Assembly: GCA_964016885.1 (NCBI GenBank)
Contig: OZ024751.1
Span: 30,194,001-30,258,000 of the forward strand
Direction: 5' to 3'
Source of the DNA: Eledone cirrhosa
Taxonomy: Eukaryota
Length of the DNA stretch: 64,000 nt
In this document: positions 28,392 to 44,207 of the stretch, piece after piece
Layout of the letters: the number at the start of each line of letters is the position of its first letter
Position numbering within the stretch: position 1 is the stretch's first letter
Position numbers and translations under genes: made by a program
Notes under the pieces: generated by a model
Database searches by the model: none
What the model was told of the DNA's origin: nothing
Seen by the model: the letters and a program-made list of their open reading frames with translations, nothing else

Positions 28392-28455
28392 AAATTCGCC
28401 CTACGGACTTGAGTTGCTCTATGCCTTGGATATCTTTACCAAACCATTACTCCTT

Positions 28456-28571
<116 letters not shown>

Positions 28572-28588
28572 ATATATGTATATATATG

Positions 28589-28630
<42 letters not shown>

Positions 28631-28723
28631 ATATATAAAATATATATATACATATATATATACATACTATATATATAGAGAGATTATCTATCTATCTATA
28701 TATATATCTATAAATATATTTAT

Positions 28724-28901
<178 letters not shown>

Positions 28902-29193
28902 ATATATACATACATACATACATACATACAGATGGATAAGAATTCAAACCTCTAATGCATGCTGTGCTTAATTGTACCAGTGACAACGTTTAGCAGCCAT
29001 TAATTATGCAGTTTTATATAAAACAGATTATATGGTGGAATTATATGGATGTTTTATAATGATGTATAACAGTTTTTTTCCCTTTCTAAATAAAGAAAAA
29101 TAATAAAAATAATTTTGTGTTGTAAAATCTTATTTAATTTTGTAATTTATGATGCATTAAACAGTTTCATGAGATAATTAGTGAGATTGATGA

Positions 29194-29224
<31 letters not shown>

Positions 29225-29364
29225 TTCGTTTCGTTTTGTTTTTTTACTCAATATGTAAGGAGATGGCTACCTACGTTGAAATGCTGCAAATGTACTGAGG
29301 ACATGATAAGATTAGATCACAGCACCATACCTTGTATTGTTAGCAGATATTCTTCTTCCTCTTC

Positions 29365-29414
<50 letters not shown>

Positions 29415-29439
29415 TATTATTATCATTATCATCATCTTC

Positions 29440-29790
29440 TTCTTCTTCTTCTTCTTTGCCTGCTTGTTTCTGCTAAGGTCGTGCGGATAAAGTCCTCAAG
29501 TACACCTTCCAGTGGGTCCTTATCAGAAACAATTGTCTCTAATTGATCCGGCTGGATCCCCAACCGAGACCAGTCGAGCTCATGGATGTTATCCAACCAT
29601 CTTGCTCGGGGTTTATCCCTGAGTCTCCTGTCGGTTGGTTTTGCCCGTAAAATCTGTCCAGTGATTCTTTGCTGAGACACTGTAACCACATGTTCGCAAT
29701 ATCGAAGCTGTGGTCGCTCAAATAGGAGAAGTAACAGCTCTACCCGGGGCGACTCTCTCACCTCTAAGCTACGCACTCTATCGAGTAATG
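29440..29790 (-). mobile_element. RTE-type LINE 3' fragment
   Basis: 'QLRYCEHV...KPRARWLDNI' is the RTE C-terminal motif; (AAG)n tail. Related pieces at about 9870-9950 (+) and 52290-52535 (+). Confidence 0.75.
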
Positions 29791-30042
29791 TTACTCCAAA
29801 GAACCTTCGAATAGTAAATTCACCATTGATAATATTTCCAAGGTTGTAGCTGAGTTATTTCGAGTTCGCGTGTTGGGCTAACGAGAGTAAGGTTGTAGAG
29901 TGCTGATCGTAGGGGATTGATCGTAGGGTTGTGTGTTCGATCTCTGAACTGGTAAAAGTTGATCAAAGGACACAAACCTCCAACACTTCACTTATCTTCC
30001 ACTTCCCACTAACGATCCGAACTTCTACCATTTACTGAAAAT

Positions 30043-30230
30043 AATTGTTTCTACTTTAGGCACAAGGCCAGTAATTACCCAGTGCATTACTGGTACTTTA
30101 TTTTATCGACCCCGTAAGGATGAAAGGCAAAGTCAACCTCGGCGGGATTTGAACTCAGATCGTAAAGGGACGTAACTATGCTGGAAGGCATGGCGTCCGA
30201 CCTTCTACCGATACTGCCAATCCACCGCCA
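30043..30230 (-). mobile_element. Same SINE family
   Basis: Full-length reverse copy flanked by the direct repeat CATTTACTGAAA(A)TAAT, a probable TSD. Confidence 0.88.
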
Positions 30231-31362
30231 TTTACTGAAAATAATGATTTATCATCTAGCACGATGCCTACAATGGAGCAAGTATAGGATGTTTCAAAAG
30301 TCATTATCTTTTTTGAATAGCAATATGTACGCCAAAATAGATTGTGATTTTTTAGACACTCTGTATGAAGTCGATTATATTTAGCTGGCCTCCTCTAAAA
30401 CACCTCTCGTTGGAGGTGTTTTGGGTGATTTAATTATAGGGACCCCAGTCCTATCATCTCATTTCTACAGCTGAGTAAACTGGAGCAACGTGAAATAAAG
30501 TGTCTTGCTCAAGGAAACAACACACCACCCGGTCCGAGAATTGAACTCACAACCTTTTGATTGCAAGACAATGCTCTAACCACTAAGCCATGCGTATTCA
30601 CATCGATCCAGGAAGAACGAAATGAAAGTTGACCTCGGCGAGATTTAAACTCGAAATTTAAAGAGCAGGAACAAATACCACAAAGCATTTTACCCAACGC
30701 GCCAACGATTATAATAATAATTGTTTCTACTTTAGGCACAAGGCCAGCAATTACCCCAGTGCATTACTGGTACTTTTATTTTATCGACCCCGTAAGGATG
30801 AAAGGCAAAGTCCCAATAATGTGCAAGAGAAACAGAAAATAGTGTTGACTGACACTGTCCATGTACAGAGAAGGGAATTATCAATTTAAAAACCTTGCAA
30901 AGACATTTACTGTTGTTTGTGTCCTTGTGGTATCACTATAAAATGTTTGTATTGTCAAATGTTGCCTCAGGTGCCAAGCTGACACTTGGCATGATTTGGG
31001 AAAGGAGTAGAATTCAAAGAAAGTTTTTAAAAAAAATAATAATAATAATAATAATTATAAACCCAGACACATTCACCAAATATATTTTCCTTTTTTCTCC
31101 GTCTTTATTCCATAATTTAACATTTAATATATAATTTATATATATAATTATAATAGTGTACTATAATTATAATATTTTTAATTCGTTGATCATAACTGCT
31201 CCAAAGAAATCAAAGCATTCTTCATTCGCATTTATTTTATTTTATTTTATATATTTATTCTGTTTCTTTTTGCTTTCCGTTGTAATGCGCATGTCAGTTT
31301 TTACTCTAAAGAATCTCAGAGTCGCTGTTGTTGTTGTTTTTTGTTGTTGTTGTTGTTGGCTT

Positions 31363-31401
<39 letters not shown>

Positions 31402-31704
31402 TTTTCTAGTTTGTTCGTTCGTTCACAGATAAATGATGCAAAGTTCGTACGTGTGAAAATATTTAGTATCTGGTCTTCTAACTTTTGATGATTTCGATTT
31501 GTAAAATGTTCAATAGATATTGGAAATAATCTTAAAAGCAATTGTCGCCAAAGTATGACTCAGCTAAACACTTCATTATAACGAAAATGTAATAAAAAAA
31601 AAAAGAAAAAAATTCAGAAAAAAATTTATAAATAAGTTATAAATGTATGTACGTGTGCATGTTTATATGTGCACGTGTGCATGTTTATATGTGCACGTGT
31701 GCAT

Positions 31705-31768
<64 letters not shown>

Positions 31769-31950
31769 GTGTATGTGTGTGTAACGAGGCCAGAAAAGAA
31801 TATGTGCATTTGCAAGGCTGATGGTATTGAGTTACAAAAATTACTATCGATTAGCCTGCTCATTGCATTTGCACACTGAAACGATCGTAAAACGATGGTT
31901 TAACTATTTTCTTTTTCCTATTTTTTTCCCAGTTCAACAATATGCATGTA

Positions 31951-31984
<34 letters not shown>

Positions 31985-32374
31985 TGTGTGTGTGTGCGTA
32001 CGTGCGCGCATATTTACATACACACACACATATATATATATATATGTATGTATATATTAGATTTATTCTTGTTACAGTATATAACTATAGCTTTTAGTGT
32101 TGATCTTATAATTAATGGTGGTGTGGGTTGTTTTAATAAATAACTATCTCATTATTTTTAAAGTATTTCTTAATTTTACTCATACATACACTCATACACA
32201 CATACACATACACTCACATACACACACATTTATATATTGTTGTTCTTGCAGTTCTATAATAATAATAATAGTCATTTCTACAGTTGCTGATGTTGTTGCT
32301 GCTGTCATTGTTGTTATTTTTGTTATTGATGTTGTCTCATGTTGCTGTTGTTGCTGCTGCTGTTGTTGTTATTA

Positions 32375-32453
32375 TTACTGTTGCTGGTGTTTCCATGGTG
32401 AAAACTTCACTGGACCTTTAGGACGGAGTTCTATGGGTTCAGCGAACGCTTGT
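32375..32453 (-). CDS. Probable terminal exon of the PDZ gene ((K)QAFAEPIELRPKGPVKFSPWKHQQQ*)
   Basis: ttctgtctttacag acceptor; phase 2 matches the PDZ exon; non-repetitive peptide ending in TAA. Confidence 0.75.
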
Positions 32454-32494
32454 CTGTAAAGACAGAAATCGGAATAGTATTATCGGAAATAAAT

Positions 32495-32890
32495 TTTCGA
32501 CAGTTAATAAATTATAATTATCTATAGGTAATAAATTATAATTATCAATAGTTAATAAATTATGATTATCGACAGTTAATAATAGTTAACAATTTTGATT
32601 ATCGACAGTTAATAATAGTTAATAAATTCTGATTATCGATAGTTAATACATTCTGATTATCGATAGTTAATGAATTCTGATTATCGATAGTTAATTATAA
32701 TTATCGATACTCAATAAATTATGATTATCGATAGTTTATAAATTATGAATTTCGATAGTTAATAAATTATGATTATCGATAGTTTATAAATTATGATTAT
32801 CGACAGTTAATAAATTATAATTATCGATAGTTAATAAACTATGATTATCGATAGTTTATAAATTATAATTATCGACATCTAATGAATTAT
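32495..32890. repeat. About 21-bp AT-rich minisatellite (ATTATCGATAGTTAATAAATT)
   Basis: Tandem degenerate copies, close to the PDZ terminal-exon acceptor. Confidence 0.9.
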
Positions 32891-33041
32891 TCAGCGTTTG
32901 AATCAATAAATTACCAATAGTTTGTATCGCACTCACACTCACCACCACTGATATATATGCACACACAGACATACTTCGAATTCTCGATACCATTTACAAT
33001 GCTTCAAGTAAACTACAAATTCCTTCATACACACACACACA

Positions 33042-33079
<38 letters not shown>

Positions 33080-33082
<3 letters not shown>

Positions 33083-33325
33083 TCCCGAGATCCATGGACG
33101 AGTTCTCTCCAGCGGTCTCTGTCCCTCATTATCGCTGCCATGTCCTGCGTCTCCAACAGACCAGTGTCTATCCTTAGGGCATCAACATACGTTAACCTTG
33201 GTCTTCCTCTTTCAGTGTGTCCATGTAGGGACTCCCACATGAGAACTGAGTGCAATGTCAACTCTGGATGTCGGTTAGCATGTCCAGCTAACCTCAGTCT
33301 CCTCTGAGTCACTTTTGAGCTGACT
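33080..33325 (-). mobile_element. RTE-like LINE 3' end
   Basis: 'RRLRLAGHANRH...GRPRLTYVDAL...DRDRWRELV'. Confidence 0.85.
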
Positions 33326-33339
33326 TTTGGGAGGCTCCC

Positions 33340-33616
33340 ATACAGCTCTGATAGGATGACAGAGTTCTTTGAGATACTGGCTGGAGTGCTCCAGGGAGAT
33401 ACATTGGCTCCCTACCTTTTTATCATCGTAGTGGACTATTGTATGCGCCTTGCACTGGAGAAACACCAGGACTCTGGCTTTACTGTAGCACCGGCTCAGA
33501 GCAGGAGAGTTAAGGCGAAAAAGGTATCAGATGCTGAATTTGCCGACGACATAGTTTTGGTGACAAATACAGTGAAGGAGGCAGAGGATTTGATGCGGGA
33601 GGTTGAGACTGTGTCG
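33340..33616 (+). mobile_element. RTE-like reverse transcriptase fragment, inverted relative to the adjacent 3' end
   Basis: 'GVLQGDTLAPYLF...EFADDIVL' are the RT QG and YADD-type motifs. Confidence 0.88.
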
Positions 33617-33642
33617 ATATATATATATATATGTGTGTGTGT

Positions 33643-33751
<109 letters not shown>

Positions 33752-34784
33752 CGTGTGTGTGCGTGTGTGCGTGTGTGCGTGTGTGTGTGTGTGCGTGTGT
33801 GCGTGTGTGTGTGTATTGTTGTTGTTGTTCCTGCAATTATGTAATAATATTCATCTCTATTGTTGCTGAGAAATATATGAACGCCACAGCAACCTCCTTT
33901 ATTTATTGGCTTCCATGATGTTACAGTTTGTCAAAACAGACCGATATATGTATATGAGATATATTTATATATTCAAGCCATTACATAATTCACTGTCAGT
34001 CTTGTTCTAAAAGTAGCAAACCTTTGACACAACTCTCAAACATAATCGCGTGTAATTTTGCAGTTGGCAAGATAAGTAATAATGGCAACCGTGTCTTTAT
34101 ACACGAAACACTGAACAAACAATAAAAATAACTATATGATGAGGATGATCATGACGAATATGAAAAATCTTCATGTTCGTATCATTTTACATGAGTAAAT
34201 TATTGTGGATATTAATGGAGATGTATCTCAAGCAAGTAGCTTCTCTGTTCTGTCACACAATGAAACATAAAGAATGTTTTAGATTTATGATGAGAAATCA
34301 TTAAATCCTTTCTGATGTTTGGTTAAATGTACTTTCTTTTTCTTCTTTGCACTATCTATTCGACCAACGACCTCTAGTGACCACCCTAGCAAACATGGTG
34401 GAATTTTTCATGGAATTTTTCATTGAATTTTCTATGGAATTTTCGAAGGAATTTTCTTGGGAAAATTTCGTGGGGAAAGCTAAAAATGCTTCTTCCCCGT
34501 TGCTTTCCTTTCGGTCCTTTTTAAAGAAGACACCTTCATGACAGCTATAACCAATTCTGAGAAAGCCATTATAATCATCATCATCATTGGCAGTACTGGT
34601 AGTCTATCGGATAACATGCTTTGTGGCTTATTTTTACTATCTGAGTTCAAATCCCTGGTGGTAGGGTGGGGGGAGGGGGAGAAAAGAAGAAGGGGGAGGA
34701 GGAGTAGTCTTTTTTTCAACAAGAAGCAATAAAAACGAAACATTCAAGTGACACATCAATTATGGTGGCGAAGTGTGTGCGTGT

Positions 34785-34848
<64 letters not shown>

Positions 34849-35209
34849 ATGGTATCACACATCACATAATAGAAATAATAATCAGAATATCTTGGGCGTT
34901 GTATGAATATTTTACTGTTTAAACACTGTAATTAGATAGATGGAGTGGATGGAATGAATACATTAGACAGAGCAACAGTGGTGTAGTGGCGGTGAATATG
35001 TCATGGTAGAGATATAGATGAAATTGTACTCTTACGATAAACCTGTTAACCTAATGATTGTTCTTACAGAACGTGAGGGGGAGAGGGGGGAAGTGACGGA
35101 GGGGTAGATATGTTAATAGTTAATCATATTGACCTTTTAGTAAGGTAACACATAGCTATATCTGAATATATTTGTACATCCATATGCACACACACACACA
35201 CACACACGC

Positions 35210-35243
<34 letters not shown>

Positions 35244-35296
35244 ATGAAAATATATATACATACATATATATACATATATATATGTATGGATGGATG

Positions 35297-35335
<39 letters not shown>

Positions 35336-35479
35336 ATTGGTAGGCATGAAACATAGAACAGATGTACTGGTATTCCAAAAGTACAATGAGGTCCTTATAG
35401 AAATTATTTGTTTTTCACTGACGATATGCTCAGTCAATGTACAACATTGAAACGATCGTATGGAACAGTACTAATAAGG

Positions 35480-35513
<34 letters not shown>

Positions 35514-35523
35514 GCACACACAC

Positions 35524-35577
<54 letters not shown>

Positions 35578-35660
35578 ATATATACAAACATGTGTATATA
35601 TACAAACATATACAACACACACACGCATACACACACACACACACACACAAGCACACACAC

Positions 35661-35733
<73 letters not shown>

Positions 35734-36197
35734 TGTATATATATGTGTGTATGTGTGTGTGTGTATGCGTGTGTGTGTTGTATATGTTTGTATATATGTA
35801 TTTCTGTATTTAATTTGTCGCTAAATATTCCGAAGCAATCTCGTGTTTGCTGTTTAAACAACCATAACTTCCGTAAACAATTGAAAGTATGTAAAACAGT
35901 TTTTTCTACGTGTTTGTTTAAGGTTAGTTAAATATTTATTTCAATCCCCCCCCCCCCCCCCCGCCCCTCCCCCACCTTTCTTTCTCCGGCAAGATAAGAA
36001 CTATGTGTATTTCAAGAAAACTGTATATATTTTTTATAATTTTATCACTTGAGAGAAATCTCTGTATGACTGCATATGTTTGTGAATGGATTGTTTTTTG
36101 TTGATCTTTTACACCTATCTCTCTATGTATCTATCTAAACATGTGTGTGTGTATATATATATATATGTATATATATATGTGTATATATATATATATG

Positions 36198-36295
<98 letters not shown>

Positions 36296-36314
36296 TATAC
36301 ATATATACATATAT

Positions 36315-36363
<49 letters not shown>

Positions 36364-36523
36364 CACATATATATGTATATATTTATATATGTATGTACAT
36401 ATTTATGTGTGTATGTATGTATGTATATGTGTATGTATATGTGTATGTATGTATGCATGCGTGCATGTATTTATATATGCATGTATTTATAGATGGATAT
36501 GGGTTGCAACTTTCTTCACTTAC

Positions 36524-36672
36524 TTAATGAGTGTCAACTGGAGCATGTTACCCGCACTTCTGATTAGATGGTGTGCCTGCATATGGGTGAGATTCTGCGT
36601 GTTGGTGCTACCAATGGCTAATATCGCATCCCCATCGTGCAGTCTTCCTTGGGCCGGACTATTAGCTACAAC
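36524..36672 (-). CDS. PDZ-domain exon, Zasp/PDLIM (ALP/Enigma)-like ([49 protein letters not shown])
   Basis: C-terminal two-thirds of a PDZ fold (SPA..L..GD.I.AI, THMQA..LI..AG..L.LT); tgtttttcag acceptor, gtaagt donor; 149 nt, phase 0-2. Confidence 0.9.
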
Positions 36673-37444
36673 CTGAAAAACACAGACGACATTAATTATA
36701 TATATATCAACTACATATATAAGGTAATAATTAATGGGACACACATATCTTATGATATTTAATATTTTTAAGGAAAGATGCCGTCGTTAGATCGGACTAA
36801 AGAAACTATGCTCCTGAAGGGGGTAAAAAACAGAAAGAGGTCAGTAAAAAGCAAATAAAAAACGGGAGAACCACATAATTCTCTTTTAGAACAGTGAACA
36901 TATTGTTCACTAAGTAATTCTGTGTTGAATCAATAAACATCAGCTTGATCACTAAGTAATTCTATGTTAGAACAATAACAATATCTTGTTCACCAAATAA
37001 TTCTATGTTAGAACAATAAAATAAAATAAAACTACGACGACCAACAACTGCAAAACGAAACAGATTAAGAGCAAGTTATAAAATAACAGGTCGGTGGTGG
37101 TGCTGCAGTAATTTGAACCTCGAAGTAAGCTGCACAAATGTGCAGTAGTATTGCAGCATGTCTTAATATAGATAAAGTATGTGATGAAACAGAAATATGT
37201 AGTATGTATTTGATCATTAAATTATCTATACAGTATGTTTGAAATATGAACCCGTGACCTCATTTTTACTTCACTCTATACACTTCCTTCCTGTGTTTTC
37301 ACTGTTTTATGGAAGACAAGAAATATTCTAGCAGATTCTATATGATTTATTTCTCGTTTCTAACCACTTTCAGTGGTGTATTTATTGACATTGGATTTTA
37401 AAACTAGGTTTTAAAATCCAATGTCAATAAATACACCAGGATTT

Positions 37445-37505
37445 TTTCATTCTGATGATTGAAAGCAAAATTTGTTTGGTTTTAAGAAACCACTGGTAAA
37501 TGAAA
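37445..37505 (+). ncRNA. Type I hammerhead ribozyme (complete fold)
   Basis: Stem I TTTCATT/AATGAAA, CTGATGA core, stem II TTGAAAGCAAA/TTTGGTTTTAA, GAAA, stem III CC-ACT-GG, GUA cleavage triplet. Confidence 0.8.
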
Positions 37506-37623
37506 TAATTGCCTTATGTTGTTTATTACATAACTATTAAGCTCTGTAACCTACATAGAGCACTCTTTTTTCCTGGACCTTTCCGACGGAATTACTTTAT
37601 TTATATATATATATATATATATA

Positions 37624-37663
<40 letters not shown>

Positions 37664-38134
37664 CATATGTGTGTGTGTGTGTGTTTACATTCTCGATATC
37701 ATATCCATAACTTCGCTCCTTTCCACCCCCATTTCTTAAAACGTCCTTCCTGTCTTTCTTCTGCTCCCCATCTCTATCTCTCTCTATTTTACAATCCTAC
37801 TCACTACACTATATTATCTCCAACTGAATAAACGGTTGTTATTTTACTTGCTGCTTTCTCTCTCCCTCTCTCTCTCGCTCTCTCGCTCTCTTTCTCTCTA
37901 TATATATATGTTTTCACCCACACACTGTCGCTATCTCTATCGTTACTGCCACCCTCTTTCTCCCCCACTCTCACTCTCCAATAAAACAGGTTAATAAATA
38001 GATGTTTTATACGTAGCTATGATTGTAATTACAGAATCTACCAGAATCTCCAATGTAACTATACAACAACACTAACAACAATAATAAAATAGGTTTCAGT
38101 CAGGAAACATGTTTTGTTGTTTTTGTTTTATTGG

Positions 38135-38440
38135 CCAGGTGTAACTACATAACTAGGTGGAGCTAGAGGTAAGTAGCTAAAAGGACGTTCCCGAGTTAAT
38201 ACTCAGGTATGACCAGGTGTAACTACATAACTAGGTGGAGCTAGAGGTAAGTAGCTAAAAGGACGTTCCCGAGTTAATACTCAGGTATGACCAGGTGTGA
38301 CTACATAACTAGGTGGAGCTAGAGGTAAGTAGCTAAAAGGACGTTCCCGAGTTAATACTCAGGTATGACCAGGTGTGACTACATAACTAGGTGGATCTAG
38401 TGGTATGAAGTTAGCAGAACGTTCCAGTCTTAATACAAAT
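38135..38440. repeat. 78-bp tandem repeat, about 3.9 copies
   Basis: Units start at 38135, 38213, 38291 and 38369. Confidence 0.95.
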
Positions 38441-39566
38441 GTACTTTACATAGCTTGGGAGGAGTGGAGCTTGGTTTTGTTAGGTTCGGTTTGGATTTGA
38501 GTTTGGGTTTGGTTTGGGTTGGGTTTAGGTTTGGTTGGATTTTGCAATTGGTTTGATGTTAGGTTTCGACTGGAGGTGGGCTGGATTTGGATTAGATTGG
38601 GTTGAGTGTAGATAAGGTTTGGGGTTGGTTTGGTTTGGTTTGGGTTTGGGCTTGGGTGGGATTGGGTTAGGTTTGGGTCGGACTTAGGTTGGGTTATATT
38701 AGGGTTGGAGTTGATATTAGTTATGGTAAATCACTTTCAAGAAATTTGCTATGAAACTACATCATTCTAGCCCCTTGGTAATCTACCACAGCCACCAAGT
38801 CAACTCCTGCCTTGTGAGTCGAATTTGATAGGCGGAAACTGTATGGAAGCCCGTTGTATACTCACATATAAACATCCATCTTTGTATACTTTTGTATGTG
38901 ATGTGTGTAATGCGTGAGTGTTGTCTGTGTAATTTATGAAATGCGTGTGAGTATTTCTGTGAGTATGTGTGTGTGTGTTGTGCATGTGTGTGTATATGTG
39001 TATGTGTGTGATATGTGAGTGTTGTCTGTGTAATTAGTGAAATGCGTGTATGTATATGTATGTGCAAATGTGAGTTGTGTATGTGTGTATGTATGTGTGT
39101 GTGTATGTATATGCGTATATGTGTGTCTGTCTATGTGTGTATGTGTATATGTGTGTATGGGTTGTGTGTTTGTTTGTATGCGTGTGTGTGTATTGTATAT
39201 ATGTACGTGTGTGTGTGTGAGTAAAATTAAAAAATACTTTATACATAATGAGATAGCCATTTATTAAAACAACCCTCAACCCACTTTTTTTTTTCAGAAC
39301 ATCTGTGTAGCAAACAACAACAACAATACCAACATGACACCATTTTAGAAATGGTGGTCTTGTATCTTTACAATAGATCTTGTGTTAATGGCAGACGAAC
39401 CTGACACCATTTTGGTTTAGTTGTCTTATATCTTTTACACTATATCCTGTGTTGTTGACAACAATTTGTCTTCTCCCATTCTACAAATTTACTTACAAAC
39501 CATTTTCAAGTTTACGTTTCGACTTTTTTTTAATTTAATTCTCTATATATTTATTCTATTTTTCTT

Positions 39567-39658
<92 letters not shown>

Positions 39659-39809
39659 CTATCTATCTATCTATCTATCTATTTATCTATCTATCTCTCT
39701 CTCCCTCATTTTCTCTTTCGCACCATATTTTTTTCTCTCGTTCTTTCTCTTTCCATCTCTTTCTTTCTCATTCATCTCTCTCTTTTTCTTTGTTTCTCTC
39801 TCACACCCT

Positions 39810-39846
<37 letters not shown>

Positions 39847-40336
39847 CCCTCTCTCTCTCTATCTATCTCTTTCTCTCTCTTTCTCTTTCTCTCTCTTTTT
39901 CTCCTACTTTTAACAATAGTGCTCTATTTTAAATTATTGGCTTGGGTTTAAGACCTGGGACCGTCTTATCTAGGTTATCAAGGGCAGCGATGAGTCAGTG
40001 ATTTAAAGTTGAGATGTCACAGTTTTAATATGAATCGAGTTACTATTTAACTTCTGTTTAACTTCTGTCTGCCCTAATATGAACTTTTAGCTTCGCAGAC
40101 GTTCATGTAACGAGCGATAATTCAGGCGAAAGAAAGGAAAGATAAATGATAAACATCATAAACAACGGGCTTCCGCATAGTTTCCGCTCGAGCAAACATT
40201 ACTTACAAAGCACTGGTCAACATTATCGTTATGCTAGAAGACATCTCTCCCAAAGAAAGACACATTGCGATCAGGACTAGATTTACACCTTGTGGGGCCC
40301 GGGGCAGTTCTGGTATGGTGGGTCCCTCACATAACA

Positions 40337-40381
<45 letters not shown>

Positions 40382-40385
40382 ATAA

Positions 40386-40442
<57 letters not shown>

Positions 40443-41140
40443 GAAAAGTATAGAAATTATTGTAGCAAGAAGCCAACAGTATTCTATAATATATATATAG
40501 AGAGAGAGTCAGGAAAATAGAGAGTGTGAGAGAAAGAAAGAAAAGGTTTCCTGTTCAGAGAGGAGGGGGGTGCCAGGGCATTCGGCCTTGACCCCCCCCC
40601 CCCCCAATAAATCCTAATATGTTCTGACAACGATTGAACCCGGAACCAAGTGAGGTGAAACGTACTTCTTCCTTCTTAACTACACAGCCATACCTGGGCT
40701 AGCTTACTGGTAACCTAGAAAATTACACCAGCCTTTGTAGATTCACCAAACTGGAAGCTTACCTCCAGCTTTGCATTGCTCATAACACAGATGTTTTAAT
40801 AATTAGATTCGTATGAAGTACCTGCATACAGCCACCACCCGAAATATGTGCTTACATCCACCCGAAAAGAAATAAAATTTAGGCATGTGTAACATAATAG
40901 TCATGTAATGCAAATGTCATTTCACTGCCAACACAAATATACTCATGTGTGTGTATAAGATGGTACGAGGGTGAAAGGGTGTATGTGTGTATGTATGTGC
41001 ATGTATGTCTATGGGTCTATCTATTTATTTATCTATCTATCTCTTTATATATATATCATCTCTCTCTCTCTCTCTCTCTCTTTCTCTTTCTCTCTCTGTG
41101 TCTCTCTTTCTCTCTCTCTCTTTCTCTTTCTCTCTCTGTG

Positions 41141-41205
<65 letters not shown>

Positions 41206-41206
41206 C

Positions 41207-41253
41207 CTTCCTGATGATTTCCTTCGAATGAAACAGTTCTAGTCCTGTAGAAG
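41207..41253 (+). ncRNA. Type I hammerhead ribozyme, same family as 62063
   Basis: CTTC-CTGATGA-T TTC cttc GAA T-GAAA-CAG ttctagtc CTG-TA-GAAG. Confidence 0.72.
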
Positions 41254-41348
41254 CCATTTCTATATTAAATATTTATACTATGTGTTGATTACCTTACCCC
41301 CGATTGAACCCGAGATATACATATACATATACATATATATATATATAC

Positions 41349-41379
<31 letters not shown>

Positions 41380-41384
41380 CATAT

Positions 41385-41602
<218 letters not shown>

Positions 41603-41785
41603 AGATGACTTCTACTGGACTAGAAATTTTAATTTTTATGAAATGACCTGATAAAAAATGATTATTTTCTACTAACGTATTGAGTAACTTATTTAACTGT
41701 GCGGTTTTTTCCGACTCCTTTCGCAATGCCATCCTTAATGTATGTGTGTATGTATTTATATATATATGTGTGTGTGTGTATGTGT

Positions 41786-41909
<124 letters not shown>

Positions 41910-42031
41910 GTCTGCGTGCCAGGAGGTGCTATTAAGTTAGACATGGCCTGGGCCAATACTGGCCGAAACCTACCAAAGTTATATACATACATAAATACAT
42001 ACCTGCATGCATACACACACACACATACATG

Positions 42032-42081
<50 letters not shown>

Positions 42082-42198
42082 TGCATACATACATACACAC
42101 ACATACATGTATACATACATACTTGCATACATACATATATACATATATACATACATACACACACACATACACACATACATACATATATATATATATAT

Positions 42199-42231
<33 letters not shown>

Positions 42232-43039
42232 TACATGCATACATACATACACACACACACACACATACATATATACATACATACTTGCATACATACATAT
42301 ATACATATATACATACATACACACACACATACAAACATACATACATACACACATACATACATACATGCACACATACACACATACACACACATACACACAC
42401 ACACATACATACATACACACACACATACACACACACGCATACATGCATACATACGTACATACATTCATACATACATACATACATACATACATACATACAT
42501 ACATACACAAAACAGCAGTAACATTACTTAAACCTAAACTTAAAACGACTATTTATTTCTATGGAAAGAATTTAATTATTAAATTTATAAATACCGAAAA
42601 AAAAAAGCCAGCTTGATACGAGATTTGTCTGTGTGTCTTGAAAGAGATAATGGTAAGTACGTTTGTGGTATTTCAACTAGATTTCAGTGAAGAAATGGAG
42701 AAGTCAACAGATTTGATAATGTAAATATTCTGAGATTAAAAGAGAAGAAATATATATATATATATACATATATATATGTGTCTGTGTGTGTGTTTGTGTG
42801 CGCGCGTGCGTGCGCGTATGTATGTATGTATATATATATATAACGAAGGAAATGTGGTAAGGAATCAGGTGGACCATAACGCACCAAAGTACTCAATACT
42901 TAGGGTAGTAGAGTGGGTAATAGGAACGAGTAGGACCCCGACGGCTGAGCTCAAGCCGTTTCGACGGCTGATTCTGGACTCTGAGTCCAGAATTAGCCAT
43001 CGAAACGGCTTGAGCTCAGCCGTCGGGGTCCTACTCGTT

Positions 43040-43468
<429 letters not shown>

Positions 43469-43545
43469 TATATATATACATACATACACACACTCACATA
43501 TATATATATATATATATACTGTATATATATATATATATATATATA

Positions 43546-43619
<74 letters not shown>

Positions 43620-43655
43620 TGTATATAGCATGTCCAGCTAACCTCAGCTAACCTA

Positions 43656-43691
<36 letters not shown>

Positions 43692-43717
43692 TATATATAT
43701 ACAGTATATATATATAC

Positions 43718-43968
43718 AGTAGGTTAGCTGAAGTTAGCTGGACATGCTCACCGACATCCAGAGTTGACATTGCACTCAGTGCTCCTTTGGGAGCCCCTAC
43801 ATGGACACACTAGAAGAGGAAGACCAAGGTTAACGTATGTTGATGCCCTAAGGACAGACACTGGTCTGTTGGAGACGCAGGACATGGCAGCGATAATGAG
43901 GGACAGAGACTGGTGGAGAGAACTCGTCCATGGATCTCGGGAATTATACTCGCCTTAGATAGATAGAT
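43718..43968 (+). mobile_element. Second copy of the same RTE-like 3' end
   Basis: Near-identical peptide to 33080-33325; ends in (TAGA)n. Confidence 0.85.
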
Positions 43969-43971
43969 ACA

Positions 43972-44076
<105 letters not shown>

Positions 44077-44146
44077 TATATATATATATATATATATATT
44101 AAAATAAAAGATTAAAGTTTAAGCAAAGAATCGCTGCTTTCACCCT

Positions 44147-44207
<61 letters not shown>

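Noticed and set aside
34352-34556. Phase-2-compatible open frame as the PDZ gene terminal exon
   Set aside because: Weaker acceptor and partly a 12-bp repeat; 32375-32453 is more convincing, though an alternative exon is not excluded.
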